Of a DNA stretch of 64,000 nucleotides, positions 32,790-42,556 are shown in pieces. The first letter of the stretch is position 1. Each line of letters starts with the position of its first letter. Location: IMG/VR virus record IMGVR_UViG_3300033148_003715; one strand, 5' to 3'. This DNA comes from an uncultured virus (IMG/VR IMGVR_UViG_3300033148_003715). Its lineage: Duplodnaviria > Heunggongvirae > Uroviricota > Caudoviricetes. Position numbers and translations under genes: made by a program. Under the pieces are notes generated by a model. It was not told the DNA's origin. It did no database searches and saw only the letters and a program-made list of their open reading frames with translations.

Positions 32790-33346
32790 AGATCGAGCGC
32801 GTGCTTCTCGACATGGACGGGGTTCTCGTTGACTGCTGGGGCGGGGTCCGACACCGTCACGGCGTAGACCCGGACCCCTACGAGGATCCGAGCAACCTCG
32901 GCAACTCGGCCTGGTGGAGCGACCTCCTCGGGATCCCCGCCGACGACCTCTTCCCCGACCTCGGGGTCGAGTGGTGGGCCGGCCTGGACCCGCTCCCGGG
33001 CTGGCGCAGTATCGTCGCCGCCGTCGAGTCCCTCGTGGGGCCGGAGAACGTCTGCATTCTGACGAGCCCGACCCGGTTCGACGCCGGGGACTGCTACGAG
33101 GGCAAGCTCTGGTGGATCAAGCGACACCTGCCCGGCTACGAGCGCCGGTTCATGGTCGGGAAGCCGAAGCAGTTCTGCGCGGCCCCGTGGAGCCTGCTCG
33201 TCGACGACGACGAGCGGAACTGCCAGGCGTTCAGCGAGGCCGGCGGGGTGTCACTGCTCGTCCCGGCCCCGTGGAACAAGCTGCACGCGCTCGACCGCCT
33301 CGAGGCGGTCGAGCGCTGGGTGGGGGAGATCGGGGAGGCCAAGTGA
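32786..33346 (+). CDS. HAD-family 5'(3')-deoxyribonucleotidase
   Basis: [25 protein letters not shown]. Confidence 0.85.
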   Translation: MKIERVLLDMDGVLVDCWGGVRHRHGVDPDPYEDPSNLGNSAWWSDLLGIPADDLFPDLGVEWWAGLDPLPGWRSIVAAVESLVGPENVCILTSPTRFDAGDCYEGKLWWIKRHLPGYERRFMVGKPKQFCAAPWSLLVDDDERNCQAFSEAGGVSLLVPAPWNKLHALDRLEAVERWVGEIGEAK

Positions 33347-33769
33347 ACGACCTTATAGAGGCACTGACGATCCTCAAAAAGTACGTCGAGCCGGGCTCGG
33401 CGCGCGACAAGCGCCCCACCCACTGCGAGCACGACGAGCTGTGCGTGACCGCGGTCTCAGACAGGGACAAGGTCAGCGAGGCCGACAGGGCTAGGCTGGA
33501 CGAACTCGGCTTCTTCCGGAGCGAAGAGGACGAGTGCTTCACCTCTTTTCGATTCGGGAGTTCGTAGTGATCAAGGACGACCAGCGCAAGAAGAAGCCGA
33601 AACCCGTCGACCCCATCACCGACCCCTGCTCGCGCTGCTCGGGGACGGGGCGGGTCCTGCACGTCTCGTCCTGGGAGTGCGAGGTCTGCGGCGGTCCCGT
33701 CAAGCCCGAGGGGGCCTACCGGCACGGGGCCGAGCCCGGACGGGTCAGGCACGTCAAGAGTTCACCCGC

Positions 33770-34657
33770 GTGCCACGCCTGAGGGAGATCAAGCTCGGAT
33801 CGTGGGGTCGGCTCCTCCGGGCCGACTTCCGCGTCACGCTCCGCGACGTCGCCAACCTGTTCGGCCCCGCCGACCTAATCCTGACCTCGCCCCCGTACTG
33901 CAACGCCCGCACCTACGGGGCCGGGGTTGACTTCACTCTCGACGACTACGCCGAGCTAGGCGACCTCTGCTTCGACGCGCTCCGGCCGGGCGGTCAGGTC
34001 CTCATGGTCCTGGACGCGCCGGTCAGGAAGTGGAGGAAGGGATTCAAGAGCGAGCGCGGCTTCCACCCGTGGCGAGTCATGCTCGACTGGGCGGACCGGG
34101 TCGGGTTCCGGGTCCCGGACCGGCTCTGCTACTCCAGGCACGGCATGCCTGGCGAGTACCGGGGTCGGTTCAAGAACGACTGGGAGCCCCTGCTGTGGTT
34201 CGAGAAGCCCGGGGGCGAGCCGAGCTTCGACAAGCACGCCATAGCCGCCGAGGCCGAGAACAAGAACCTCGCGGGGAGGCCGACGACAGGGAACAAGCGC
34301 GACGGGGTCAGGCGGCGTAGGAAGACCGGCTGGGCGGTCGAGAACGACAAGAAGCACCGCGGCACGCTCTGGCACTACGCGACGGTCGGGGCGAGCAACG
34401 ACACCCGGGCCGCCGACGAGGCCCAGCACCCGGCCAGGTTCCCGCTCCGGTTCGCCGAGGACGTCGTCCGGTGCTTCTCCCGCGAGGGCGAGCTGGTCGT
34501 GGACCCGTTCTGCGGGGCCGGGACGAGCGCGGCGGCGGCGCTCTTGAACAAGCGTCGGTTCGTGGGGGGCGACGCGCTCGCGGACAAGCGGGGCGAGCCT
34601 TGGATCGACGTGGCTCGCCGGAGGGTGATCGCCGAGCTGAAGGAGAGAAGAGGATGA
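33770..34657 (+). CDS. DNA methyltransferase (N4-cytosine-like)
   Basis: ILTSPPY, HPARFP, VVDPFCGAGTS. Confidence 0.85.
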   Translation: MPRLREIKLGSWGRLLRADFRVTLRDVANLFGPADLILTSPPYCNARTYGAGVDFTLDDYAELGDLCFDALRPGGQVLMVLDAPVRKWRKGFKSERGFHPWRVMLDWADRVGFRVPDRLCYSRHGMPGEYRGRFKNDWEPLLWFEKPGGEPSFDKHAIAAEAENKNLAGRPTTGNKRDGVRRRRKTGWAVENDKKHRGTLWHYATVGASNDTRAADEAQHPARFPLRFAEDVVRCFSREGELVVDPFCGAGTSAAAALLNKRRFVGGDALADKRGEPWIDVARRRVIAELKERRG

Positions 34658-35283
34658 CCGACCCTACGTTCGCGACAATCCTTGCAGACCCGAACTGGAT
34701 TTATTCAAACTACGGAGCCAAGAAACACGGGGCCGCTCGGGCCCACTATGCGGGCTCCGCGGTCGAGGTGATCTCGGCCGTGCCGGTCGCGCGCTGGGCG
34801 AGACGTGACTCCGTCCTGCTCCTCTGGTCGACGCTCCCGAAGGTTGACCAGGCCGTCGACGTCCTCCGGGCCTGGGGGTTCTCGTTGGTGACGGCCGTCC
34901 CGTGGATTAAGACATCGCCCAACTCGGGAGAGATCCGCAGGGGGATCGGATTCTGGTTCCAGTCCGCGGCCGAGCTGCTCCTGATCTGTCGTCGCGGCAA
35001 GGCCCGCGGTCCCAGGCAGACGCAGCACGAGAGGATGCTCGGGCTCCTCGTCAGGGAGGCGAGGGTGTTCTGCGCCCCCCGGGGCCCGCACTCGCGCAAG
35101 CCGCTCTCGCTCGTCGAGTGGATCGAGTCCCGCCTCCCCGGCCCCCGCCTGGAATTGTGGGCGTCTTCTCGTCGGCCGGGATGGACATCATGGGGAGAGA
35201 GGACTGGGCACTGGCTCTGTCCTGAGGGAGTGATCCCGTTGAAGCAGGCCCAGCTAGAGGGTCTGGCTCCTCTCCGCCGGTAG
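34654..35283 (+). CDS. MT-A70 family adenine methyltransferase
   Basis: ILADPNW, LLLW, AWGF, ELLLI, HSRKP, RLELWA. Confidence 0.8.
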   Translation: MTDPTFATILADPNWIYSNYGAKKHGAARAHYAGSAVEVISAVPVARWARRDSVLLLWSTLPKVDQAVDVLRAWGFSLVTAVPWIKTSPNSGEIRRGIGFWFQSAAELLLICRRGKARGPRQTQHERMLGLLVREARVFCAPRGPHSRKPLSLVEWIESRLPGPRLELWASSRRPGWTSWGERTGHWLCPEGVIPLKQAQLEGLAPLRR

Positions 35284-35284
35284 A

Positions 35285-35302
35285 GTTTGGGATATCCCAA
35301 AC
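35285..35302. repeat. 18-bp palindrome copy 7
   Basis: Exact match, upstream of promoter A. Confidence 0.95.
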
Positions 35303-35347
35303 CAGGCCCATGGCTGCAATAGGGTTATGAGAATCTCGGAATCCCCC

Positions 35348-35376
35348 TTGTGGGGTAGGTATGACGGGGCTATAAC
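35348..35376 (+). promoter_or_regulatory. Repeated promoter A
   Basis: TTGTGG-N17-TATAAC-N6-ATG(35383). Confidence 0.85.
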
Positions 35377-35382
35377 TGGGGT

Positions 35383-35694
35383 ATGAGTCGCGAACGAGAC
35401 AACACCAAGGAGACCAACATGCCCCGCGAGACCAAGACCGCCCGTTACCTCCGCCTCTTCTTCGCCGAGACCGACAAGGTCGACCACGACGCGACCTTCG
35501 AGGTCACCACGAACGGGACCTGGAACCTGATGAGCTACGGGGTGGTGGTCGAGGCTATCTTTGGCGCCCCCCGGGCCGAGCAGGAGAAGATCACGAACAT
35601 GATCCGACGGATCGACTTCCAGAACGGCGACGTTTCTCGGTATCTCCGTCATCTCGGTGTCTGCATGGCTCGGGTCCATGCTCAGACTCAGTAG
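35383..35694 (+). CDS. Hypothetical early protein (alternative start 35419)
   Basis: Follows promoter A. Confidence 0.7.
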   Translation: MSRERDNTKETNMPRETKTARYLRLFFAETDKVDHDATFEVTTNGTWNLMSYGVVVEAIFGAPRAEQEKITNMIRRIDFQNGDVSRYLRHLGVCMARVHAQTQ

Positions 35695-35744
35695 GACATT
35701 GATTCTCCCAACGGTGACGATACTATAGACACCAGGGAGAGATC

Positions 35745-36251
35745 ATGCCCAAAGAAAGATGGAGAGAAGTACCTGGGTTTGAAAGGTATGAGGTGTCTAC
35801 GAAAGGAAGGGTCAGGAGCGTCAGGACAAGGAGAAGACCATCGATCATGAAGGGAAGGGTCGTCAAAGGGTATCGTCGGGTCTCACTCACTTGTGGGAAC
35901 TGTAGCTCGAAGAAGGAGAAGCCGGTTCATCGACTTCTCCTTTCCGCGTTCCGTGGTCCGCCCGCACCCGGACAACAGACTCGCCACTTGAATGGGGATA
36001 GGCTGGACAACAGGCTCGAGAATCTGAATTGGGGAACGCCGCAAGAAAACAGCGATGACCAGATCCTGCATGGAACGAGGAATGTCGGAGAGCGGAACTG
36101 GAAGGCAAAGTTGAAGGAAGTCCAAGTCTCGGCAATCAGATCCAGATTAAGGGATGGGTCTAGGCCGATTGAATTGGCGGAGGAGTACGGAGTTACTCCG
36201 AGTCTTATTTCACAGATCAAACGCAGAAGGATCTGGAAAGATGTCCCTTGA
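35745..36251 (+). CDS. NUMOD4-HNH homing endonuclease
   Basis: ERWREVPGFERYEVSTKGRVRS, VHRL, RHLNGDRLDNRLENL; lower GC. Confidence 0.9.
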   Translation: MPKERWREVPGFERYEVSTKGRVRSVRTRRRPSIMKGRVVKGYRRVSLTCGNCSSKKEKPVHRLLLSAFRGPPAPGQQTRHLNGDRLDNRLENLNWGTPQENSDDQILHGTRNVGERNWKAKLKEVQVSAIRSRLRDGSRPIELAEEYGVTPSLISQIKRRRIWKDVP

Positions 36252-36411
36252 ACACTGACCAGCTCCAGGACCCGGACTGGGCCGAGCTGACCGCACCCAC
36301 CGGGTAGGCCCAGGACGCGCTCCGGGCCCCGCTAGGGGCCTCCTGGGTTCCGGGGTGGGTGTTGGGCCGCGTGAGGCCCCGAGGCCGGTACGCGCCCCCT
36401 GAGGGCCTCGG

Positions 36412-36429
36412 GTTTGGGATATCCCAAAC
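36412..36429. repeat. 18-bp palindrome copy 8
   Basis: Exact match, upstream of promoter B. Confidence 0.95.
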
Positions 36430-36471
36430 TGCCATAGCAGCAATCGGGTTATGAGAATCTCGGAATCTCCC

Positions 36472-36500
36472 TTGTGGGTGAGCTATGGCGCGGCTATAAC
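36472..36500 (+). promoter_or_regulatory. Repeated promoter B
   Basis: TTGTGG-N17-TATAAC-N6-ATG(36507). Confidence 0.85.
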
Positions 36501-36506
36501 TGGGGT

Positions 36507-36650
36507 ATGAGTAACAGCGAGAACAACACGAACGGAGCCAACATGACCCAGACCCACCGCGTCGACTGGACCACCCAGAAGGGCATCGCGTTTCGCCTCC
36601 AGAACGCGGTTGCGGTTCTCCTCTGGCTCCGCACCTTCGAGGGGAGGTAG
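36507..36650 (+). CDS. 47-aa protein (alternative start 36543), absent from the ORF track
   Basis: MSNSENNTNGANMTQTHRVDW... Confidence 0.6.
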   Translation: MSNSENNTNGANMTQTHRVDWTTQKGIAFRLQNAVAVLLWLRTFEGR

Positions 36651-36828
36651 GGGTGGCTGCGATCCAGACAGCGGTCTACTCGAGAGGCCACGACCGGGCC
36701 ACCCTGGTCTGGCACGACGTGGACGAGATCGAGTTCGTCACCCTCGGGGAGCTGACCGACGAGGAGCTGCTCGCGCTCGCCGCGGGCAACGGCGGACCGG
36801 TCCCGGGCTGGACCCTGGAGCGGCTCTC

Positions 36829-37452
36829 GTGAGCTTCTATGCGCTCGAGGTCAACGGCAAGGCCCAGACCCGGAAGGGCAAGCCCTTCGCGGTCGTGATC
36901 GAGTGGACCCAGGAGACGCGCGACAAGAGAGCCGCCAAGCTCCGGCTCGAGTCCTCCTACTACGTGGACGTCCTCGAGGAGTGCGCGAGGATCCGCGCCG
37001 AGGAGCCCGAGCAGGTCGAGGTCCTCGAGGACCTCCGGGCCCGGAGGGACGACGCCGAACAGGCCAAGCTCGCCGCGACCCGATGGCGCGACGCCACCCA
37101 GGCCAGGATCGCAGCCCAGGCCAAGGCTCGAGGCGACACGAGCTGGTATGTGGGAACCTCTCCGCGCGAGGTCCGGGCCAGTCGGGCCCGTGACCGTGCC
37201 GAGGCTCGATTCTGGGCCCGGACTGGGGAGACCAAGAAGCACCCCCTGCAGGGCGAGGACCGAGCCCGTCAGGTCGTGGCCCGGTGGGAGCCCGACATCG
37301 CCGCGGCCGAGTCCCACCCGATCGGGCCTGAGTCGCGCCGGATCTGGTCCTGGCACTCGGGCTCCGGGTTGGCCCGCAAGGAGGCCCGGCGGGCCACGAA
37401 TCTCTACCCGGGGAGCCTGGTCGAGGTTGTCCGGGCCGGGCCGGTCAAGTAG
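36829..37452 (+). CDS. Hypothetical protein
   Basis: ORF, GGAG RBS. Confidence 0.55.
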   Translation: MSFYALEVNGKAQTRKGKPFAVVIEWTQETRDKRAAKLRLESSYYVDVLEECARIRAEEPEQVEVLEDLRARRDDAEQAKLAATRWRDATQARIAAQAKARGDTSWYVGTSPREVRASRARDRAEARFWARTGETKKHPLQGEDRARQVVARWEPDIAAAESHPIGPESRRIWSWHSGSGLARKEARRATNLYPGSLVEVVRAGPVK

Positions 37453-37579
37453 GCCCAGGACGCGCTCCGGGGCCCGCCAAGACCCTTGAGGCGCGCGGGC
37501 CGGGTCCTAGCCATTGGGGGTACTCCGGCCCCGGTAGGGTTGGGGTTGCGACGATCTCAGAAGAATCCGATTTGACCCC

Positions 37580-37608
37580 TTGCGACCGGGGAACAACCCG
37601 GCTATAAC
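37580..37608 (+). promoter_or_regulatory. Repeated promoter C
   Basis: TTGCGA-N17-TATAAC-N6-ATG(37615). Confidence 0.85.
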
Positions 37609-37614
37609 GTGGGT

Positions 37615-38013
37615 ATGAGCAACAGCGACAACAACCCCGCCGAGGCCAACATGTCCGACACCCTCCCCCAGATCGCCACCTACGTCAGCTACGACCACAA
37701 CCAGAACGCGGTCAGGACCCCGGTCCTGGCTGTCTCCGCCCACGTCTCCGGCCGGGGCGGGGCCTGGACCTTCCACGTCGCGTTCCTCATGGACCGGGAG
37801 CTGTTCTCGAGCGACCTCCTCGGCATGGGTGGCGGCGTCCCCTCGGGCCGCTACTACCGCCAGGCCTCGACCCGCACCTACCGGACCCGCAGGCTCGCCC
37901 GCAACGCGATCCGCAACGTCCTCGAGGATCACTTCGGCCGGGTCCCGGCCGAGACCCGCTTGCGGGTTGGCCGCAGCAACGAGAAGACCCTCTCGGCCAC
38001 CTGGGAGGTGTAG
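37615..38013 (+). CDS. Hypothetical early protein (alternative start 37651)
   Basis: Follows promoter C. Confidence 0.65.
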   Translation: MSNSDNNPAEANMSDTLPQIATYVSYDHNQNAVRTPVLAVSAHVSGRGGAWTFHVAFLMDRELFSSDLLGMGGGVPSGRYYRQASTRTYRTRRLARNAIRNVLEDHFGRVPAETRLRVGRSNEKTLSATWEV

Positions 38014-38058
38014 GGACAAGGGGTTGGGGAGAATCTCAAGAGGATCTCAGAATACCCC

Positions 38059-38087
38059 TTGTGGGGTAGGTATGACGGGGCTATAAC
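38059..38087 (+). promoter_or_regulatory. Repeated promoter D
   Basis: TTGTGG-N17-TATAAC-N6-ATG(38094). Confidence 0.85.
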
Positions 38088-38093
38088 TGGGCT

Positions 38094-39380
38094 ATGAGTC
38101 GCAAGCAGAACACGAACGGAGCCAACATGACCAGAAGCCAGCTCGATTCCAAGATCACCCGCCTCATGAGGGCGACGAACACGACCCGGGATCAGATCCG
38201 GGATCGGCTCGGCCGCCCCCTGAGCCGGGCCCGGAAGGCCGAGATGGTCGAGCTGGCCGCCGAGCTGACCAAGGTCGAGGCCACGATCGAGGCCGACGAG
38301 CGCGCGAACAGCGACGAGGTCCTGCTGGTGGTCCACCGCGACGGCGTCACCAACGACAAGATCAGCGCCGGCCCCTTCTTGAGCTTCCGCGCCGCCCAGA
38401 CCAGCCTCAGCCGCAACTGGGTGACACGGACCGCCGAGGAGCTGAACTGGCAGGGCCCGGTCGACCGGCTCACGGCCGACGAGCGCGAGGTCCTCGCGAC
38501 CCGGGTCGAGCGGGTCGAGGCCAACCAGGCCAAGGAGCGGATCGAGGCCGAGCGGCTCCTGCACGCGGTCGAGCTGTCCCAGGCGCTCGGGAACCTCTGC
38601 CCCTCCGGTCCCGACGGGTATCACGTGCTTGACTCGGACGGGTCATGCGTCTGGTGCGACTACGGGACCACCGAGGGCGGGGACGCCCTGACGGCGACCC
38701 GGTGCCGGGCCTGCCAGGCTCCCTCGATCCCGGACCGGAACGGCGAGCCCGAACCGTGCCGGGTTTGTGCGGGCCAGCCCGAGGCGGTCGCGGTCGAGCT
38801 GCGTCGGGTCCTGCACCGTGTCCGACTCGGGGGCACGATCAAGGCCCTCGATGTCTCGCTCGCCATGGGTCAGACCGGCTGGGACGGGTCTGCGTGGTGG
38901 AACCGGGGCGAGCTGAACCGGGTCTTCAAGCTCGCCCAGGAGCGGGGCTGGGTGCTCCGCCCTTCGACGAGCCAGGTCGAGTGGACCCAGGACGGGGTCG
39001 ACGAGGCCCAAGCCGAGCGGGCCCAGCGCGAGACCGGCGTCGGGTTCGGGTTCGTCGCGTCGGGCGTGTTCCGGGTCGGGGGCGAGGACTCGCTCGCGGT
39101 GGCGGAGCGGAGCGGCCGGGAGTGGATGCTCTGGCTCGATCGGGCCGACACCGAGCCCGCCACGCGGGCCAAGACTCTGAGCGAGGTCGGGGAGTGGGTC
39201 GCGGGCCGGATCAAGACCCCGAGCCGGGTCGAGCCCTCGAGCGTGATCCTCCTGGACCGGATCCGATTCGTCCTCCCGGCCGGGCACGACCCCAACCAGG
39301 TCGACGCACTCGGCCAGGCCCTCCGGGAGAGACTGGCCGAGGTAGCCCGCGGGCTCGGGCTGGTCGTTGAGGGGCTCTAG
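38094..39380 (+). CDS. Hypothetical multidomain early protein (alternative start 38127)
   Basis: 428-aa ORF after promoter D. Confidence 0.7.
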   Translation: MSRKQNTNGANMTRSQLDSKITRLMRATNTTRDQIRDRLGRPLSRARKAEMVELAAELTKVEATIEADERANSDEVLLVVHRDGVTNDKISAGPFLSFRAAQTSLSRNWVTRTAEELNWQGPVDRLTADEREVLATRVERVEANQAKERIEAERLLHAVELSQALGNLCPSGPDGYHVLDSDGSCVWCDYGTTEGGDALTATRCRACQAPSIPDRNGEPEPCRVCAGQPEAVAVELRRVLHRVRLGGTIKALDVSLAMGQTGWDGSAWWNRGELNRVFKLAQERGWVLRPSTSQVEWTQDGVDEAQAERAQRETGVGFGFVASGVFRVGGEDSLAVAERSGREWMLWLDRADTEPATRAKTLSEVGEWVAGRIKTPSRVEPSSVILLDRIRFVLPAGHDPNQVDALGQALRERLAEVARGLGLVVEGL

Positions 39381-39476
39381 GACGCTCTAGGGGCCCCGCT
39401 GGGGCCCCGATCCTCCTGGGGTCAACCTGGGAGGCCTGTCGGGTCCAGGACGTCTTGAGCGGCCCCGGAGGATCGG

Positions 39477-39494
39477 GTTTGGGATATCCCAAAC
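39477..39494. repeat. 18-bp palindrome copy 9
   Basis: Exact match, upstream of promoter E. Confidence 0.95.
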
Positions 39495-39547
39495 TGGCTT
39501 GGGTGCAATAGGGTTACGGCAATCTCAGGAGAATCTGATTTGACCCC

Positions 39548-39576
39548 TTGTGGGGTAGGTATGACTGGGCTATAAC
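39548..39576 (+). promoter_or_regulatory. Repeated promoter E
   Basis: TTGTGG-N17-TATAAC-N6-ATG(39583). Confidence 0.85.
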
Positions 39577-39582
39577 TGGGCT

Positions 39583-39828
39583 ATGAGCAACGCAGGGGAT
39601 AGCAAATTGAGCCGGGCCCAGCAGAGGGCTCTCGGGATACTCGATACCCGAGGCTATATCTCGAACGGACCCGTCCCTACCTCGACGATCCGGGCCCTGG
39701 CCCGTCGTGGCGTGGTCGAGATCGTTCACTCCGAGTCTTATCTCGACGGCGATCCCGGGAATCAGAATCGCCGGACCCCGGTCAGGATCGTGACCTATCT
39801 GATCGCCGTCAGGAAGGAACAGTCGTGA
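39583..39828 (+). CDS. Hypothetical early protein
   Basis: Leaderless ORF after promoter E. Confidence 0.6.
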   Translation: MSNAGDSKLSRAQQRALGILDTRGYISNGPVPTSTIRALARRGVVEIVHSESYLDGDPGNQNRRTPVRIVTYLIAVRKEQS

Positions 39829-40165
39829 GGGATCCGATCACGGGCGAGATCGTCGGGACCAGGACCGCCACCCCGACCGGCCCGACCGGCCTGCTCGCCG
39901 CGGCCAGCACGCTCTTGCTCGACCTCGACGAGGCCGAGGCGCTCGAGCAGGTCCGCTCCACCCCGACCGGCCGTTCTGCCCTCCCGGGCCGCGGCGTTTG
40001 GAGCCTGTAGCGGTGGCTGCAGGAGGGAGAGGCGAGCCCAGACACGGCACCCGAGGACTGACCCCTCTGAGGCCCTCCGGGGCCCGCTAGGGGTCTCTCC
40101 GGGGCTCACCCGGGGAATCAGCCCCACGGGGCCTCCCGGGCCCTGAGCGGGCTCCCCCGGGTCGG

Positions 40166-40183
40166 GTTTGGGATATCGCAAAC
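40166..40183. repeat. 18-bp palindrome copy 10 (GCAAAC variant)
   Basis: Upstream of promoter F. Confidence 0.95.
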
Positions 40184-40286
40184 CGGGAGAGCTATACGGG
40201 CCTCAGGTCCATAGATCGGGGACGGTTGACCCCAATCGGGTTAGGGCCGTCCCGGGATCTTTCTCAGGAGAATCCGGTTTGACCCC

Positions 40287-40315
40287 TTGTGGGGTAGCTA
40301 CCATGCGGCTATAAC
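40287..40315 (+). promoter_or_regulatory. Repeated promoter F
   Basis: TTGTGG-N17-TATAAC-N6-ATG(40322). Confidence 0.85.
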
Positions 40316-40321
40316 TGGGCT

Positions 40322-40561
40322 ATGAGCAACGCAGGAAACACCACGACGAGGACGACCATGAGCCAGCCCGGACACAAGCCTTCCACCCGCCGCAACGTCG
40401 CCAACGCCAAGAACCTGTATCTCCTGGCGGTCAAGCAGGAGGCCGAGAACGGGAGCCCCGATCGTGCGCAGACGGTTGCGGCCGAGCAGGTCGCTGCCCA
40501 CTTCTCGCCCGAGATCATGGCCCGCGTCCTCACGGACCTGCGCGACGGCACGGGGATCTAG
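40322..40561 (+). CDS. Hypothetical early protein (alternative start 40358)
   Basis: Follows promoter F. Confidence 0.6.
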   Translation: MSNAGNTTTRTTMSQPGHKPSTRRNVANAKNLYLLAVKQEAENGSPDRAQTVAAEQVAAHFSPEIMARVLTDLRDGTGI

Positions 40562-40632
40562 TCCCTGCCTCGCCCGCGCCCGGCTCCGGCCGGGCTCGCG
40601 GCAGTGTGAGCCGCCACGACCAGGAGACGACC

Positions 40633-41178
40633 ATGAGCTACGTCGACGTCAAGGACCGCGCGAAGAAGATCCGCAAGACCCTCAAGCGCGAGTACGGGTG
40701 GAACGCCAAGCAGGTTTCGGTCAGGATCAGCCGCTACTCGATGGGACAGAGCATCAACGTCACCATCAAGGACCAGCAGGTCCCGGGCCGGATCGTCAAG
40801 GCCGTCGCGCAGGACCAGGAGAGCATCGACCGCTGCCCCGCCTCGGGCGAGATCCTCTCGGGTGGGAACACGTTCGTCTTCGTCGACTACGACTACGACG
40901 CCCTCCTGGATCTCGCGGACTTGCTCGCGGACGAGCTGGCCGGGATCGACGAGGCCAAGGGCGGGTGGATCCTCGGGGAGTTGATCTGGATCGGCACCGA
41001 CAACGGCGCATGGGCCTCGATCGCGACCGGCTCAGACATGACCCGCGCGGTCAGCGACGTCACGATCTGCGAGGGCTGGCGCGAGCTGATGGCCCGCCGG
41101 CTGGCCCGACAGGTCGCCCACGAGGGAATCCTGAGTGGCTGGGTAGAGGAGCGCGAGACGCCCTCCGGGCCCGTGTAA
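40633..41178 (+). CDS. LPD29-like (polyvalent-protein-associated) domain protein
   Basis: AKKIRKTLKREY...VSVRISRYSMGQSINV. Confidence 0.5.
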   Translation: MSYVDVKDRAKKIRKTLKREYGWNAKQVSVRISRYSMGQSINVTIKDQQVPGRIVKAVAQDQESIDRCPASGEILSGGNTFVFVDYDYDALLDLADLLADELAGIDEAKGGWILGELIWIGTDNGAWASIATGSDMTRAVSDVTICEGWRELMARRLARQVAHEGILSGWVEERETPSGPV

Positions 41179-41325
41179 GGGACCCGGACCGGCCCCGGTG
41201 GGGGATCGGGCCTGACTCGCGCCCAACCCCACCACGGGGCTTGCTGAGGCCTCTCCGGGGACGGTTGGGATCAATCAGGTTAGGACCGGGCTCGGGTCTT
41301 TCTCAGAAGAATCCGATTCGACCCC

Positions 41326-41354
41326 TTGCGGGGTAGCTACCATGCGGCTATAAC
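41326..41354 (+). promoter_or_regulatory. Repeated promoter G
   Basis: TTGCGG-N17-TATAAC-N6-ATG(41361). Confidence 0.85.
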
Positions 41355-41360
41355 TGGGCT

Positions 41361-41534
41361 ATGAGTAACAGCGAGAACAGCAGCAAGCAGGAGACGACCA
41401 TGACCTTTGTGGAGCTGGTGCAGGACCTGAGCCGGCAGGCGCTCGAGGCCGAGCAGGCCGGGCGGCACGAGGACGCGGCCTCCTATCGGTCAGCGATCGA
41501 CGCGGTCTGCAAGACGCACGCGGCGGCGAGGTAG
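41361..41534 (+). CDS. 57-aa protein (alternative start 41400), absent from the ORF track
   Basis: MSNSENSSKQETTMTFVELV... Confidence 0.6.
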   Translation: MSNSENSSKQETTMTFVELVQDLSRQALEAEQAGRHEDAASYRSAIDAVCKTHAAAR

Positions 41535-41536
41535 CC

Positions 41537-42556
41537 GTGGCGAGCAGCCAGGTCAAGATCCTGAACCGCACCAAGCCCTGCACGTGCGGCTGCCAAGGTG
41601 GGGATTCGTGGCACGCCCGGAGATTCTCGAGGGTCGTCCGCGAGGGCCGCGAGGGCCGCTGGACCGTCAACTCCAGCCCCTTCGGGAAGGGGATCGCGGT
41701 CGAGGTCGGCCGGGCCCGGTTCCCGTGGGGCGACGCGGCCGTGGCCCGCGTGGTCGTGACCCACCTCGTCCTCTCCTACGACGACGAGGGCGGGATCGAG
41801 GGCGCGTCCGCCGAGCCCGTCATTCGGCAGGACGGGACCGAGGCCCTCCACGGCTGGGTGATCCTCGAGGACGAGCCGGTCGAGATCCGCCCCGAGGACG
41901 ACCCCGGTCGCGAGGCCCGGGAGGCGGTCCAGGTCAAGGCGACCCAGGCCAAGGCCGAGAAGACCGAGGCCCGGGAGGCTCGCGGGACCGTCCACCAGGA
42001 GCAGCGAGACCGCGGGCTGGCCGAGTTCGAGGTCGAGCTGGCTGAGATCAGGCGCTTGCGTCTTGAGGCCCTCGAGGCCAAGGGCGAGGCCGCCCTGGTC
42101 CGGGATCGGGTCCGGCGCGAGCGGGCCGAGAGGACTACGACGGAGGAGAACCGGGCCCGGACGATCTTCGCGGACGACTCGCTCGAGGCCGAGGAGGCCA
42201 AGACGCGCTGCTGCATGCAGCAACGGGCCAACTACCAGGTGAAGATCCAGGAGGAGCGGGACGCCGAGGCCGAGGACCTCTGCCCGACCGGGCCCGGCCA
42301 GACCCACACGGTCGACTCTGATGGGATCTGCGTCTGGTGCGGGGCCGACCGGGCCGAGACCCCCGAGGACAAGCCCGACCCGAGCGGCGAGCCCCACTCG
42401 GAGCAGCGGCGGGTCGTGGTCGACGATCTCCTCGTAGCCCTCCGGGGTCTCGGGTGGCGGGTCGGGACCCGGACCGACCTCGAGGCGTGGCCGGTCGAGC
42501 AGCTCGACCTGTTCCTGCGGGTCGTCCTGGACCGCGAGGCCGCCGTCCGGTTCTAG
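41537..42556 (+). CDS. Hypothetical protein
   Basis: CPTGP..HTVDSDGICVWC motif is also present in 38094..39380. Confidence 0.65.
   Translation: MASSQVKILNRTKPCTCGCQGGDSWHARRFSRVVREGREGRWTVNSSPFGKGIAVEVGRARFPWGDAAVARVVVTHLVLSYDDEGGIEGASAEPVIRQDGTEALHGWVILEDEPVEIRPEDDPGREAREAVQVKATQAKAEKTEAREARGTVHQEQRDRGLAEFEVELAEIRRLRLEALEAKGEAALVRDRVRRERAERTTTEENRARTIFADDSLEAEEAKTRCCMQQRANYQVKIQEERDAEAEDLCPTGPGQTHTVDSDGICVWCGADRAETPEDKPDPSGEPHSEQRRVVVDDLLVALRGLGWRVGTRTDLEAWPVEQLDLFLRVVLDREAAVRF

Noticed and set aside
35285..35302. Palindrome as an intrinsic terminator
   Set aside because: No loop and no following U-tract; sequence rather than just pairing is conserved, and some copies are inside genes
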